Positions 28,564 to 38,451 of a DNA stretch of 64,000 bases are shown in pieces. The DNA lies in NCBI GenBank assembly GCA_000002435.2, contig CM018789.1; one strand, written 5' to 3'. Below the pieces are notes generated by a model, which did not search any database, had not been told where the DNA came from, and worked only from the letters and a program-made list of their open reading frames with translations. The stretch is from Giardia intestinalis (lineage: Eukaryota). The position numbers and the translations under genes were made by a program. Each line of letters starts with the position of its first letter. Position 1 is the stretch's first letter.

Positions 28564-30648
28564 TTATTTCCCTTGGAGAGCCAATAGAATGTTCGCACAC
28601 ACACCAACGGCAAGATCTAAGTAGCACGGCTCAGCGCCGGTAGAATCTACGAGAGTATAGCCCTCATCGCTTTGACGTATCAACGCGCCGCAGTGAAGCA
28701 TGCGTGGCTTCCTGCGCTTCTCTAAGATGGCACGACGGGCAACCCACTCATCAGTGACCTCCGTTAACTCACTGAAAAATCGCTGGGCATCAGTATAATT
28801 TGCTGACGCCTTGTACGTTGCTATATGCAGAAGAAGCTTGTTCACGGCGTTGAGAATGATAGGAACAGCCTCCTTCTTGATAACAACTTTGAAGATACCA
28901 TCACCTGTCTCCGGGAATTCTATGGTCTCCGGAGCCCACTTTAGGCACGCCTGAAGAATAGCATAGCGCGCCTGGCAATGCGCCTGCAGCCACTTTTTAC
29001 TTTCCGGCGAGTAATGGATCAATCCCATCACTCCAGAGAGAATCATTTGATAGACGCTAAAGTAAGGCAGCCTCTCTGCATCGTCCGGACTAAGCTGGAA
29101 TATCTGATGCACCACCTTAGATGTGCAGAGGTGTAAGGACGTCGTCTCTGCTTTGCACTCCTCGAAGGCATTGCTCATTGCCCCAAAGACGCTTGAGTAC
29201 GTCTCTCCATCCTTGTAGCATGTTGTTAGCTTTCCTCCATTCTCATCTAGAGGATTCAAAATCCCGTTCTGCAGATCGCTCTCCTGTAGGAGCTTTGTTG
29301 TCCCGTGCCCGAAGAGTTCGTGGAGTGCGACATTTATTGTTAAGGTCATAAGCGCATACTTCATATAATCATTGACGATATCATCAGGAAGGTAGTCTGT
29401 GGTGGTTCGTGAGGTCGAAGAGGCCTGCATAACGTTAAGAAGGCTCACATTCTTGAATCCAGTGTTCGTGCGGACATCATCGTAGTTGGGAATATTAATT
29501 CCAATGGGCATGCCTGTAGCTGGAAAGACCATAATATTGATAGCGTTGTAGACGGGCGGGATAAACTTGTCTCTCTCCAGGGCGCGTGGGTAGGGAAGAA
29601 GGGGGAGTATCTCTGAGGCACGCTCCACCAAGTTGTGCAGGGCCTTGGAGACATCGGGGTCGACACATGCGACGAAGGCCTCATACTCGGCGCGAACACC
29701 GCTGGGGTCGCGGTACGTCTCCACGAAGCCTTGGTACGTTTCAACAGTGACGTCCTTATCCTGGACCCAGTGCTCCGAGTATCTCTTGTGGAGGTCGCAG
29801 TCCCCTGTCCTGTAGTGCTCGACGAGGGCATCAAGCATCTTCCTCTGCGAGTCGTTGTCGGCGAAGTCTCGCGCCTTCTTGAGCCAGTAGCATGCCTTGG
29901 CCAGCTCTGCAGACCCTCGTCCGCGGGTCACGTGAACCTCCTTGCCGTTGCAAACTCCTATTGGCTCACCCCTCTCTGCAACCTCAACGGAGGCGAGGGA
30001 GATCTCGTACCAGGTGTCGTGGCGTATCACATGAGAGTTTTCATGCATCATCTTCTTCGCCGTCATCAGATCGTTGATCTGCTTGGCCTCGCTCTCTGAG
30101 AAGTCCGCCGGCTGGTAGTATGCTGTGCATCCCGCTGGGTGGAAGCCAAGCGAAAGCTGCTCGGGCGCTGTATCGTACATTCCGTCCCTCGCTGTATAGA
30201 AAGCATCAACGAGCCCTGTTCCCTTGTGTGTTGACTCTCCCAGAAGCTTGACCACGACTTCTAAGCTCTCCTTAGTGCAGCGTGGGATGAATTTCGTATC
30301 CCCAAACCCAAGATACTCAGAGCAATTGAAGTAAAAGTGTCCAGCGTAGTCGTGCAGATACTGGAGTGTTTCGCGGTTATCTACCCCAACTGCAGTCTCA
30401 ACAGTCTTCAGTGCGGCTCCCCTGTCAGGCGCCTCTATGTGGATCTTCAAGTACTCCGCAAGGAACGCGTGGATGCGGCGCGTGTGCTGGGAGCATTGAT
30501 CGAAGAGGACGGGGGCTCCAGCAAAGGCGGCGAGGGAGAGGAACGTAGCATACTGCTGCTGCCGCTCAGTGAGCTTAGCGAAGCTCTGCGATGGCTTCAA
30601 GTTAGAAACGGGTCCATCTGTCGGGCAAATATACTTCTCAGGCAGCAT
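28564..30648 (-). CDS. Dipeptidyl-peptidase III (M49 metallopeptidase)
   Basis: M49 signature HELFGHG (HELLGH) followed by EECKAE (EECRAE) at the expected spacing. The ATG at 30648 is preceded by GGAATATAAATTTCC. Confidence 0.85.
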   Translation of the reverse strand: MLPEKYICPTDGPVSNLKPSQSFAKLTERQQQYATFLSLAAFAGAPVLFDQCSQHTRRIHAFLAEYLKIHIEAPDRGAALKTVETAVGVDNRETLQYLHDYAGHFYFNCSEYLGFGDTKFIPRCTKESLEVVVKLLGESTHKGTGLVDAFYTARDGMYDTAPEQLSLGFHPAGCTAYYQPADFSESEAKQINDLMTAKKMMHENSHVIRHDTWYEISLASVEVAERGEPIGVCNGKEVHVTRGRGSAELAKACYWLKKARDFADNDSQRKMLDALVEHYRTGDCDLHKRYSEHWVQDKDVTVETYQGFVETYRDPSGVRAEYEAFVACVDPDVSKALHNLVERASEILPLLPYPRALERDKFIPPVYNAINIMVFPATGMPIGINIPNYDDVRTNTGFKNVSLLNVMQASSTSRTTTDYLPDDIVNDYMKYALMTLTINVALHELFGHGTTKLLQESDLQNGILNPLDENGGKLTTCYKDGETYSSVFGAMSNAFEECKAETTSLHLCTSKVVHQIFQLSPDDAERLPYFSVYQMILSGVMGLIHYSPESKKWLQAHCQARYAILQACLKWAPETIEFPETGDGIFKVVIKKEAVPIILNAVNKLLLHIATYKASANYTDAQRFFSELTEVTDEWVARRAILEKRRKPRMLHCGALIRQSDEGYTLVDSTGAEPCYLDLAVGVCANILLALQGK

Positions 30649-30794
30649 GGAAATTTATATTCCCCCCTCAGAGGCTTTTTAGTCTTTTTTGAAATGGCAC
30701 TAAGAGACTCAAGCACATGACTCCCTACTTGTTTACTAGAGTGCTGGTGAAGTAATAATACCTACGGGTCATGAATGTATGTCCTTAGATGAGT

Positions 30795-33266
30795 TTATTT
30801 GTACCAGGCCTGCGTACGGTTGACTGCAGATGTAAAGCAAAAAAGATCTCTCAACGCTGCGTGTACATCTCTGCTGAGTTTGTGGGATTGAACTTTTAGA
30901 AGCAGAAACTCAAGGATTGTTTGGGGACGCTGAAACCATGGAATAAAATATCTAAGATACCTTTCAACAACTACATTTCCACATGCATACGAAAAGAGAG
31001 TGCTAAGGGATGTGGGCTCGTGAGACTCCACAGGAGAGTGTCCGAATAGTGTCCACACTGTCGTGAATATACAATTTAGCTCGTTGGTGACATCGTATGC
31101 TAACCACATATGACACAATAATGAAGTAAATAAACCACCAAATGGGTAAGCCCGCAGGGACTCTGTGACACAAGACAGTACTCTGCAGAACAAGGAGATA
31201 GGAATCTTGTATTCATGAAAGGCCTTAAGCAGAGTGTAAACTTCAGGATTGTGGATTGCGAGTTGTGTATATCGACGTTGCATTACATTGAGAATATTAT
31301 AAAACCTAATACACAGGTGTTTTGCTTGTATCACAGAGTCAAAGGCAAGAGGTGAGACGCAAGTATCAAGGGTTCCGCAATTGAAATGGAAGTATCCATC
31401 AAGTGACTTTCTATAGTGGTAATCCAGGACATAATCATACCTATCATCAAGCCTGCATGTCCGCAACGGATCTCCAAAAAGCTCCCTGTAGATTAAATCA
31501 TGTAGAGCTATGTCGATGGTGTCTTCAATGGCACAGTGAGCTTGTTTTGTTTTTCTATTTCTTGTAGAAGCAGATGTCCCGCCACTCACTGTTCGGCCTC
31601 GCCTACGCTTGATCTGTGGCTCAGCAACCTCAAGTAGGGTCGATAGTAGGCTGGCAGATGAGTTATCCACATATCTACAGACTTGAGGACCTCTCAAGAG
31701 AGCGACCTGATTAGACAAATATGAATGCAGTGTCTCATATGTCGGAAACCTTTGGACGGTCTCACTAGACGACTCCATTGTCGTAGCCTCGTCCTTCGTA
31801 AGCATCATATCTTGGCTCTCTAAGGTTGCGCCTTGAAGGGTATTGTCGAACACTATGTCATAGAAGCCTTTGGACTCCTCTGTTGAGGTTTCGCGGAGGG
31901 AACCGCAGCAGAATACAGGGCTGATGTCCACAGCATAGTCGTAAGAAGAAAAGTAGCATTGCTGCGAATCAAGATATGTATTGGAGACGTCGCCTAATAA
32001 GTTCCTCAGAGTGTGGGATTGGACACTACTGGGGATGTATGGAACGGGAGAGTTCGCTGCCAATGAACAGTACGGATAAACCAAGAAGTCATATGTACGG
32101 GCCAGCTCAACCACTTGTGATGGAAGAGGTCCCACCAAGCATTGATTACCCAAAGCACTCTTTCTATCTCCACTGGATTGTCTAATTGTAGAACAGTTAG
32201 AGACAAGTGTGGATTTATATTTATCAATTGTTTTGACATAGTCTGCAAGAATGGTCAGTAGTTTGGTAAAGGAGATTGTCTCTGCAAAGAAACCCTCCGA
32301 GATTGCATATACCTTCTGGTGATTAGAGGCTCTCAACCAGCCCATTAGATAGGAGCTCACCAAGATCTCCTCAGCGTGCACTTGAAAAGTGTACTTTGTA
32401 CAGAGGTGAGAGTAGGAGCTCTTGCAAGGGACGGTGCCATGGCTAGCAGTAATGCAGGAGGAGCCGTCAAATTGAGTGTGTCTTTTACGGTAGATGGTGG
32501 TAGCAGGAGACCACGTGTGGACGCCCTTGGTGAAGTTAGCTTCCGAGTATATGACTATAAGCTCGCCGATCACAAAAGGCCACCAGTGCTCCATAGAGCT
32601 GTACGTGCTAGCAACCCGCTCCAAGGAATACGTGTGGAAGGGCGGTCGGCAGAAGCGGTCTCCCAGCTTCATCTGATCAACGATCTTGATGGATATACCG
32701 GGCGGGGTGGTTGTGTTGTCAACAACGAGGTATGCCCGTTTCCTGGATGAGAATATATCGTGATACAACAACTGTGAGGGCAGCGCACTACAAACCAAGT
32801 CCCCGTGTGCCGGAGAGTACTCGTTGCAGGCAGTTCTTCGTAACCGAGCTTTTTCCGCGCGTGCTTTTTCAAGGTAGATAGAAACGCTACTATTTAGATG
32901 CGGATGCTCTACTTCAGCTTTCAATGCAGTATGTGATGCGATAACAGGCTGGGCTGGACTCAGATCACACGTTCTAAGCTCGCCAACAATGTCATGCGGT
33001 AGAGCGAAGATCATAACTCCTCCAGAGCAGATTTCCGAGTATCCCGCTTCTAGTAGAGAATTAACACGCTCGGAAGTATACGTAGCACCCTCGGAGCCCA
33101 GGACTTCGCGCTTAGATTTCTTTGAGCTGCCCGTGTTCGCCTCCTTAGAAACACGCAGCATAGCCTCAAGAAGCTCTACCCTTTTCGTATGATCTATGCG
33201 ACTTGCACTATCAGGCCCCAAAATGCTGTGGAAGCAAGAAGCAACGGGGGCGAGCTCATAAGGCAT
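30795..33266 (-). CDS. Hypothetical protein (823 aa)
   Basis: Long ATG-initiated ORF. No motif was recognised by eye. Confidence 0.55.
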   Translation of the reverse strand: MPYELAPVASCFHSILGPDSASRIDHTKRVELLEAMLRVSKEANTGSSKKSKREVLGSEGATYTSERVNSLLEAGYSEICSGGVMIFALPHDIVGELRTCDLSPAQPVIASHTALKAEVEHPHLNSSVSIYLEKARAEKARLRRTACNEYSPAHGDLVCSALPSQLLYHDIFSSRKRAYLVVDNTTTPPGISIKIVDQMKLGDRFCRPPFHTYSLERVASTYSSMEHWWPFVIGELIVIYSEANFTKGVHTWSPATTIYRKRHTQFDGSSCITASHGTVPCKSSYSHLCTKYTFQVHAEEILVSSYLMGWLRASNHQKVYAISEGFFAETISFTKLLTILADYVKTIDKYKSTLVSNCSTIRQSSGDRKSALGNQCLVGPLPSQVVELARTYDFLVYPYCSLAANSPVPYIPSSVQSHTLRNLLGDVSNTYLDSQQCYFSSYDYAVDISPVFCCGSLRETSTEESKGFYDIVFDNTLQGATLESQDMMLTKDEATTMESSSETVQRFPTYETLHSYLSNQVALLRGPQVCRYVDNSSASLLSTLLEVAEPQIKRRRGRTVSGGTSASTRNRKTKQAHCAIEDTIDIALHDLIYRELFGDPLRTCRLDDRYDYVLDYHYRKSLDGYFHFNCGTLDTCVSPLAFDSVIQAKHLCIRFYNILNVMQRRYTQLAIHNPEVYTLLKAFHEYKIPISLFCRVLSCVTESLRAYPFGGLFTSLLCHMWLAYDVTNELNCIFTTVWTLFGHSPVESHEPTSLSTLFSYACGNVVVERYLRYFIPWFQRPQTILEFLLLKVQSHKLSRDVHAALRDLFCFTSAVNRTQAWYK

Positions 33267-33336
33267 GCATTTTCGTTTAAGCTCATGTTCAGAGTGCTTG
33301 ATTCAACGGATTGGAAAGGACAGAGTCACCCAGGGA

Positions 33337-34368
33337 TCAGTTTATTACAACATTCCACAGCTTGATACATGCATCTTTACCCCATGTTAGAAGAAGGGTG
33401 GAGGATACCTTTCCGGGGTCATAGAGGGATGTGACGTGATGGAGATCCTGATCCATAAATAGCATGCCCATCACCTCGTCCGTGTGAGTATGGAAAGATC
33501 CGATAGCGGCAGAGCAAAGGACGTCCCACACACAGACCGACATGTCTTTGCCACAGCTATAGAGTAGTTTAGAACTGTCGCTCCAGAGAACGCACCGTAT
33601 CTTGTTGCCTTTGTGACCCACGAGCTGGCCAATAGGGGGCTGAGGGACTTCATTCCCTGGCTCCCCTGCCTGAAAGATGAGAATCTTTCCAGAGTGGTCA
33701 CAGGTAAATATATACCGGGAAACAGGGTGGAAATCTATCCAGCGAATAGGAGACCCATGGTTCGGGGCCTTCTTATCATTTCCTAAGCGAAACGCGAGTA
33801 CGGGAGGCGCATTGACTACCTGTCGAGGCTCTTCCAGATTGAAGACAGGTATTCCGAGACCCTCGTGAGTACCCAAATAGAGCTTCCCCCCGACATCGTC
33901 GTAGTAAATGTGCCGTATAAACTCCGATGCAACTGTGTAGCTACAGAGAACCTTGTTAGATACACAGTCATAGAATAGTAGCCGCCGGTCGAAGCCTGCA
34001 GTGATTATCATGTCGTGATGGGGCAAATAGAGAATGGACGAGCACTCGCGGGTGTGCCATTTGTTACTCGACCGGCGCCTGAGCTCCAGAGTAGGAGTTA
34101 ACTCGAAGATGTCCACCGTTCCAAGAAAGCAACCCACATATATTCTTCGACGTGTGTAGTCGTACTCCACTGTCTTTGCCTTGTTGGTGCATGTGGCCTT
34201 AGCAATAACTTCATAGAGTTTGCTAGAGGCATTCCAGATCATGACTGCTAGCAGCTTGTCATCTCCCACAGACATCAGGTACCCGTCCCTAGTCTTGATG
34301 ACCTGGTTGACCCCCTTGCGGTGGTGCATGAGGGTGCTCCGGAGAATAAATGTACACGTCTTAGGCAT
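33337..34368 (-). CDS. WD40-repeat protein
   Basis: Repeated beta-propeller blade signatures: ...SCGKDMSVCVWDV, WGKDACIKLWNV, CDHSGKILIFQ, AGFDRRLLFYD and VGDDKLLAVMIWN. Confidence 0.7.
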   Translation of the reverse strand: MPKTCTFILRSTLMHHRKGVNQVIKTRDGYLMSVGDDKLLAVMIWNASSKLYEVIAKATCTNKAKTVEYDYTRRRIYVGCFLGTVDIFELTPTLELRRRSSNKWHTRECSSILYLPHHDMIITAGFDRRLLFYDCVSNKVLCSYTVASEFIRHIYYDDVGGKLYLGTHEGLGIPVFNLEEPRQVVNAPPVLAFRLGNDKKAPNHGSPIRWIDFHPVSRYIFTCDHSGKILIFQAGEPGNEVPQPPIGQLVGHKGNKIRCVLWSDSSKLLYSCGKDMSVCVWDVLCSAAIGSFHTHTDEVMGMLFMDQDLHHVTSLYDPGKVSSTLLLTWGKDACIKLWNVVIN

Positions 34369-34479
34369 TTTATTCTCAGCTTATGCAAATGGTTATGCAG
34401 ATGGGCCAAGACGTCACTGCCTCTCGAGTGTTGCTATTTATGAAATTCAATTCAAAAAAAGCAAAATTTGACTGCCCGT

Positions 34480-37062
34480 ATGATTCAGCCCGAGGCATTG
34501 CACCAGCTGATCTATGATCATGTGTATGTGAAGTATGGGCACCAGCTGGCTTTTACGATCAGAGCATTGCTTAATGCAAAGGAGCGATGCATGAGCAAAC
34601 TTGTAGCCTCAGAGTCTGAGCCTTCTGCTCTGGAGCTCCTTGTAACATATGGTTTTACAGAAGGAGATAGCGTGCACATTAAGACATTCACACAGTGTAA
34701 CGATGCTCTTCTGGTGACAGGTTCTTCTATAGAGCCGACGGTCGATGTGCTACAAACCCACCAGGACCCGCCATTGCCCCAGGAAATTAATATCACACAA
34801 AACATCATGGGAGATCAAGCTATCAGCATGGTCGTGGAAGGCAAGAAACAACTGCGCGACACGTGTATGACGTGTGATGCTGGAGATTTTGACCGGTGCT
34901 TATCTAGTAGCAAGCACCATCCGTCTGCAGACGTGGCTGTCTCCTCCACTGCAAAAGTCGTCCCTTCTGTGAATGCAACAGAGCTAGTCCTGATGTCAGA
35001 CACTGCACAGGCACAATCACCCACAGAAGAGTTTTACCCTATCCCGGCCACTACCATCCCATGTGAGTTCAAGCCACTTAACGCTGTATACCTTGCGTAC
35101 CATGACATTGTCGCGACGGAAAACGTACTGCAGAACGGGAAGCTCGGTCCTACGCCATTCTCCTACTTCTATGACCGCACGCTGAAGGTAGATAGCAACT
35201 GCGAAAGAGTGGGGTACACTATGTACCCCGCGTGTAGCGACTACTGGGTAAAGCATAGACACTCTGGAAATGATGCCCTGGGAAACGAGAGCACAGACGA
35301 ATACAGTCAACCAGACGATCCCGGACGAATTGTGTACACGTATGATTATGACAACGACAACATCCTTAATTCCACTTTTGAGATTGAGCTACATTCCTTT
35401 GCCCAGGTCATGCAGGAAATGGGTTCCAATCCCCTGGGAACCGATGACCTTCTTCCAGTCGAGAAACCCGCCGTTGCTCTTGGCGATCAGTACACCACTG
35501 TCACCCCAACCTCTCCACAGGCACATGGTGACAACACGATAGCCGAGGTGGAGTTTACTGCTGATGATGAGGGTGCCATGGATAACAGCACAGATGAGCA
35601 GGCTCCAGGGTACGTCCCTGTCGGAGATAACATGGATCCAGGCCTGATTGACCAACAGGTACTCCATAATGCCGAAGCCCCGGGGTTAAACAGAGAGAAG
35701 GCTCCCGAACACATGCCCGAGGCCGCATTTAAATCTCATATAGCAAAGAAGATAGAGGAAACTGAGCGGGCCGTAACGCCTTATGTGGTCCGCAAGCAAT
35801 CTGCGATACGCCATCGTGATAAGGATAGACAGTACATAGTTACCGGGGACACCATGCGGGCAGATGTGCTCCAACAGATCTACAAGGGAGAGACAAGAAA
35901 CTCAAAGTTACTGGATCTTGTAGGGTTTTATAATATTCCTCTATATTATGGTTTGTATAGCGAGTTCAAGGGTCTCCATGAAATGCGCTTTAAGAAGGGC
36001 GCCGTGCTGGCTGGGAGGTACGAGATTTATAAGACAATCTTCGAGGATTCGGCCTTCAGTGTGACTCTGAAGGCTCGGGACTTAAAGGAAGGAAAAGATG
36101 TCTGCTTAAAGGTCGTAAATAATGAGAAGGACACACTGGACCAGTGTCTCAATGAGATTCGCTTGCTCACATATATTAATAAGCATGATCCAACAGGGAA
36201 ACATTTTGTGCGCATGACTGATTACTTCTACTACGGCCATCGTCTCATAATTATATTTGAGCTCCTAACCAGTAACCTCTTCTCGTACTACTCTGCGCGC
36301 GAGGCTGCCCTACCACGTACGCTCCTTAATCCGCTTGCAACAATCTTCACTATGCCGAGGCTTCAGCATATTGCCCGCCAGATTCTGGAGAGTTTGGACT
36401 TCCTTCATAGGCTCAACATCCTGCACCTTGATCTCAAACATGAAAACTTACTTCTGGTCAACGAAGACGACGACTCCTTCGATATTAGGCTTGTCGATAT
36501 AGGGTCTTCGGCCTTCTTGTATGACGAGTGTAGTACATATGTTCAATCCAGGTCCTACCGCTGTCCTGAGGTCATCCTCGGCTTGCCATATGACGGCCGT
36601 GCAGACGTGTGGTCGCTCGGTCCCATCCTCACTGAGCTCATCACTGGGAAGGTCATGTTCCCGATACCCCAAAAGGCAGATGAGGATCACAAGCCCTATG
36701 CCTCTATGCTGGCCAAGCTGATTGGCATCATAGGTCCTATCCCACGTGATATGATTTTAGCTGGGCGTGAATCACATAAGCTCTTCACGAAGGATCTGTT
36801 CCTCTTTGAAACGCGTGAGGCTATTCTTGGAAACAGGGACAAGGCTGAGGGTCTTAGACATGCAGAAATAAAGGGAGAAGACTACGTTTATGTGTTACCG
36901 AAAAAGACGACCATTAAGGCTATGCTCGGCTGGGATTCCCATCCAGAGTACTGCGACGACTTGTTCTTAGACTTTATCGAGACGATAATGAGGATTGATC
37001 CTCGAAAGAGACCCACTGCTGCGGAAGCGCTAGAACATCCGTGGCTCAAGCATGTGTACTAG
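34480..37062 (+). CDS. DYRK-family dual-specificity protein kinase with an approximately 500-aa N-terminal extension
   Basis: The C-terminal kinase domain has LHLDLKHENLLLV (catalytic loop), VDIGSSAF (a DFG variant), and the DYRK activation segment STYVQSRSYRCPEVILGLPYDGRADVWSLG (compare YIQSRFYRSPEVLLGMPY). The listed start at 34468 is TTG, and the ATG is at 34480. AGTAAAC lies 16 nt after the stop. Confidence 0.85.
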   Translation: MIQPEALHQLIYDHVYVKYGHQLAFTIRALLNAKERCMSKLVASESEPSALELLVTYGFTEGDSVHIKTFTQCNDALLVTGSSIEPTVDVLQTHQDPPLPQEINITQNIMGDQAISMVVEGKKQLRDTCMTCDAGDFDRCLSSSKHHPSADVAVSSTAKVVPSVNATELVLMSDTAQAQSPTEEFYPIPATTIPCEFKPLNAVYLAYHDIVATENVLQNGKLGPTPFSYFYDRTLKVDSNCERVGYTMYPACSDYWVKHRHSGNDALGNESTDEYSQPDDPGRIVYTYDYDNDNILNSTFEIELHSFAQVMQEMGSNPLGTDDLLPVEKPAVALGDQYTTVTPTSPQAHGDNTIAEVEFTADDEGAMDNSTDEQAPGYVPVGDNMDPGLIDQQVLHNAEAPGLNREKAPEHMPEAAFKSHIAKKIEETERAVTPYVVRKQSAIRHRDKDRQYIVTGDTMRADVLQQIYKGETRNSKLLDLVGFYNIPLYYGLYSEFKGLHEMRFKKGAVLAGRYEIYKTIFEDSAFSVTLKARDLKEGKDVCLKVVNNEKDTLDQCLNEIRLLTYINKHDPTGKHFVRMTDYFYYGHRLIIIFELLTSNLFSYYSAREAALPRTLLNPLATIFTMPRLQHIARQILESLDFLHRLNILHLDLKHENLLLVNEDDDSFDIRLVDIGSSAFLYDECSTYVQSRSYRCPEVILGLPYDGRADVWSLGPILTELITGKVMFPIPQKADEDHKPYASMLAKLIGIIGPIPRDMILAGRESHKLFTKDLFLFETREAILGNRDKAEGLRHAEIKGEDYVYVLPKKTTIKAMLGWDSHPEYCDDLFLDFIETIMRIDPRKRPTAAEALEHPWLKHVY

Positions 37063-37077
37063 TCTATTTGCTGGGGT

Positions 37078-37084
37078 AGTAAAC
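37078..37084 (+). promoter_or_regulatory. Polyadenylation signal AGTAAAC of the DYRK gene
   Basis: TAG TCTATTTGCTGGGGT AGTAAAC. Confidence 0.5.
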
Positions 37085-37145
37085 GTACGGTAGATTATTC
37101 ACGGTCACCTTCCTTCCTCTCTTCCCTCAGCCCAAGCAAAAATTG

Positions 37146-38054
37146 ATGCCCCTCCTCAAAGAGATCCTACGTGATGTCTCCGGTGAGCTGGCCGGAAATC
37201 CGGATGAGTGTAAAGCACTCGTTTTCAACCTGCTTACAGAGAGCTCTGCGAACCCCGATGCGCTGCAGGAGGAACTGCTTTGCTTACTTGGATACAGCAA
37301 CATAGATGTGATAGGTAGTTTATTAACAAACAGGCATCAGATATTGAGGGAGGAGCTCAACCTTACAGAAAAAGAGTATCTAGATGCACTGACTGCAGAT
37401 GTGGATGGCTCTGATGATGCATATGCGAACATGTCCGACGCGGAGCGGCTTGTCCTCTTCATTATGGAGAACACTGGACTTACAGAACACATTTCCACCC
37501 ATCTTCTACAGCTGCATGATTGGGATCCCTTGGTGGCTCTAGATGACTACACTGCCAGGACTGTAGACCAAAGTGATTGGAGCGAGCAAAGCGTGGAGCA
37601 CTCTGATACCTCTACAGAAACCTCAGCAGACCTCCAAGACAATTGGGTAATAGCTAACAAATCTTTTCAGCCATATGATAGAAAGTTTTGTGCCCCATAC
37701 TCCTTTGCAGAGCCTGATAAGCGACTATATGCTCTTAGCCCAGTTATTACGACAAAGGTCGTTGGCAAAAAAGAGTCTGATCTCCATTATATGCGAGTCT
37801 CGGAGGCAGAAGAGCACGTTAGGCGCACCATAAATCAACTGATAGACAAACTGGCTAAGCGGTCTGATAAGGATCGCTGCATTTACTATTACCACATAAT
37901 CACTGGCAGAGGCCTGCACTCTTCATCTGGCCCGGCCATAAAGAATGCAATCACTACTATGCTTTCTCAAAACGGAATACGTTACCGCATCAACAATACC
38001 AACGGGGGAGGGAGCATCAACGCCACGATAACAGGGTCCACACATTATCTTTGA
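37146..38054 (+). CDS. Smr (small MutS-related) domain protein
   Basis: The C-terminal segment DKDRCIYYYHIITGRGLHSSSGPAIKNAITTMLSQNGIRY fits the Smr fold signature (I-TGKG-HS...G...L...V). The listed start at 37143 is TTG, and the ATG is at 37146. Confidence 0.6.
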   Translation: MPLLKEILRDVSGELAGNPDECKALVFNLLTESSANPDALQEELLCLLGYSNIDVIGSLLTNRHQILREELNLTEKEYLDALTADVDGSDDAYANMSDAERLVLFIMENTGLTEHISTHLLQLHDWDPLVALDDYTARTVDQSDWSEQSVEHSDTSTETSADLQDNWVIANKSFQPYDRKFCAPYSFAEPDKRLYALSPVITTKVVGKKESDLHYMRVSEAEEHVRRTINQLIDKLAKRSDKDRCIYYYHIITGRGLHSSSGPAIKNAITTMLSQNGIRYRINNTNGGGSINATITGSTHYL

Positions 38055-38103
38055 ACTAAACCGGAATTCACTTCGTCAAAACTTCATTGAATATAGAGCG
38101 AAC

Positions 38104-38361
38104 TCACTTTCTAGATGGATCCACCGTTATCTGCGGCTTGATAAGGGGGTTTATTTGTATTGCATATGTGCAGAACCACATGAGCCAAAAGCATAGCGTC
38201 GTGCCGCATGCGGTTACGATAACGGTCGATTTGTGGCCCTTCTTAGCTGAGAAGCTAAGAAGCACTGCAATTGCTCCAAGAGCAAAAAATATTCCTGTTG
38301 TAACACCCAGCTCTGTCCACTGTATCTTCACGCTATGCGGTACTCGGTTGTCACTCGCCAT
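38104..38361 (-). CDS. V-type H+-ATPase V0 subunit e
   Basis: 85-aa protein with two transmembrane helices. CFWLMWFCTYAIQINPLIKPQI parallels the conserved subunit-e stretch [22 protein letters not shown]. The ATG at 38361 is preceded by GAATTTTCAAAAAATTAAGAAGG. The listed longer ORF start at 38418 has no AT-rich element. Confidence 0.65.
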   Translation of the reverse strand: MASDNRVPHSVKIQWTELGVTTGIFFALGAIAVLLSFSAKKGHKSTVIVTACGTTLCFWLMWFCTYAIQINPLIKPQITVDPSRK

Positions 38362-38451
38362 GCAGACCTGCTCCTTCTTAATTTTTTGAAAATTCGTCAA
38401 ACCAAACGTAGCTATCAAAATTGCCTGGTTGTAATTCTGAGGAAGGGTCGG

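Noticed and set aside
38087-38389. 100-aa plus-strand ORF
   Set aside because: It is antisense to the recognisable V-ATPase subunit e gene and has no family similarity.
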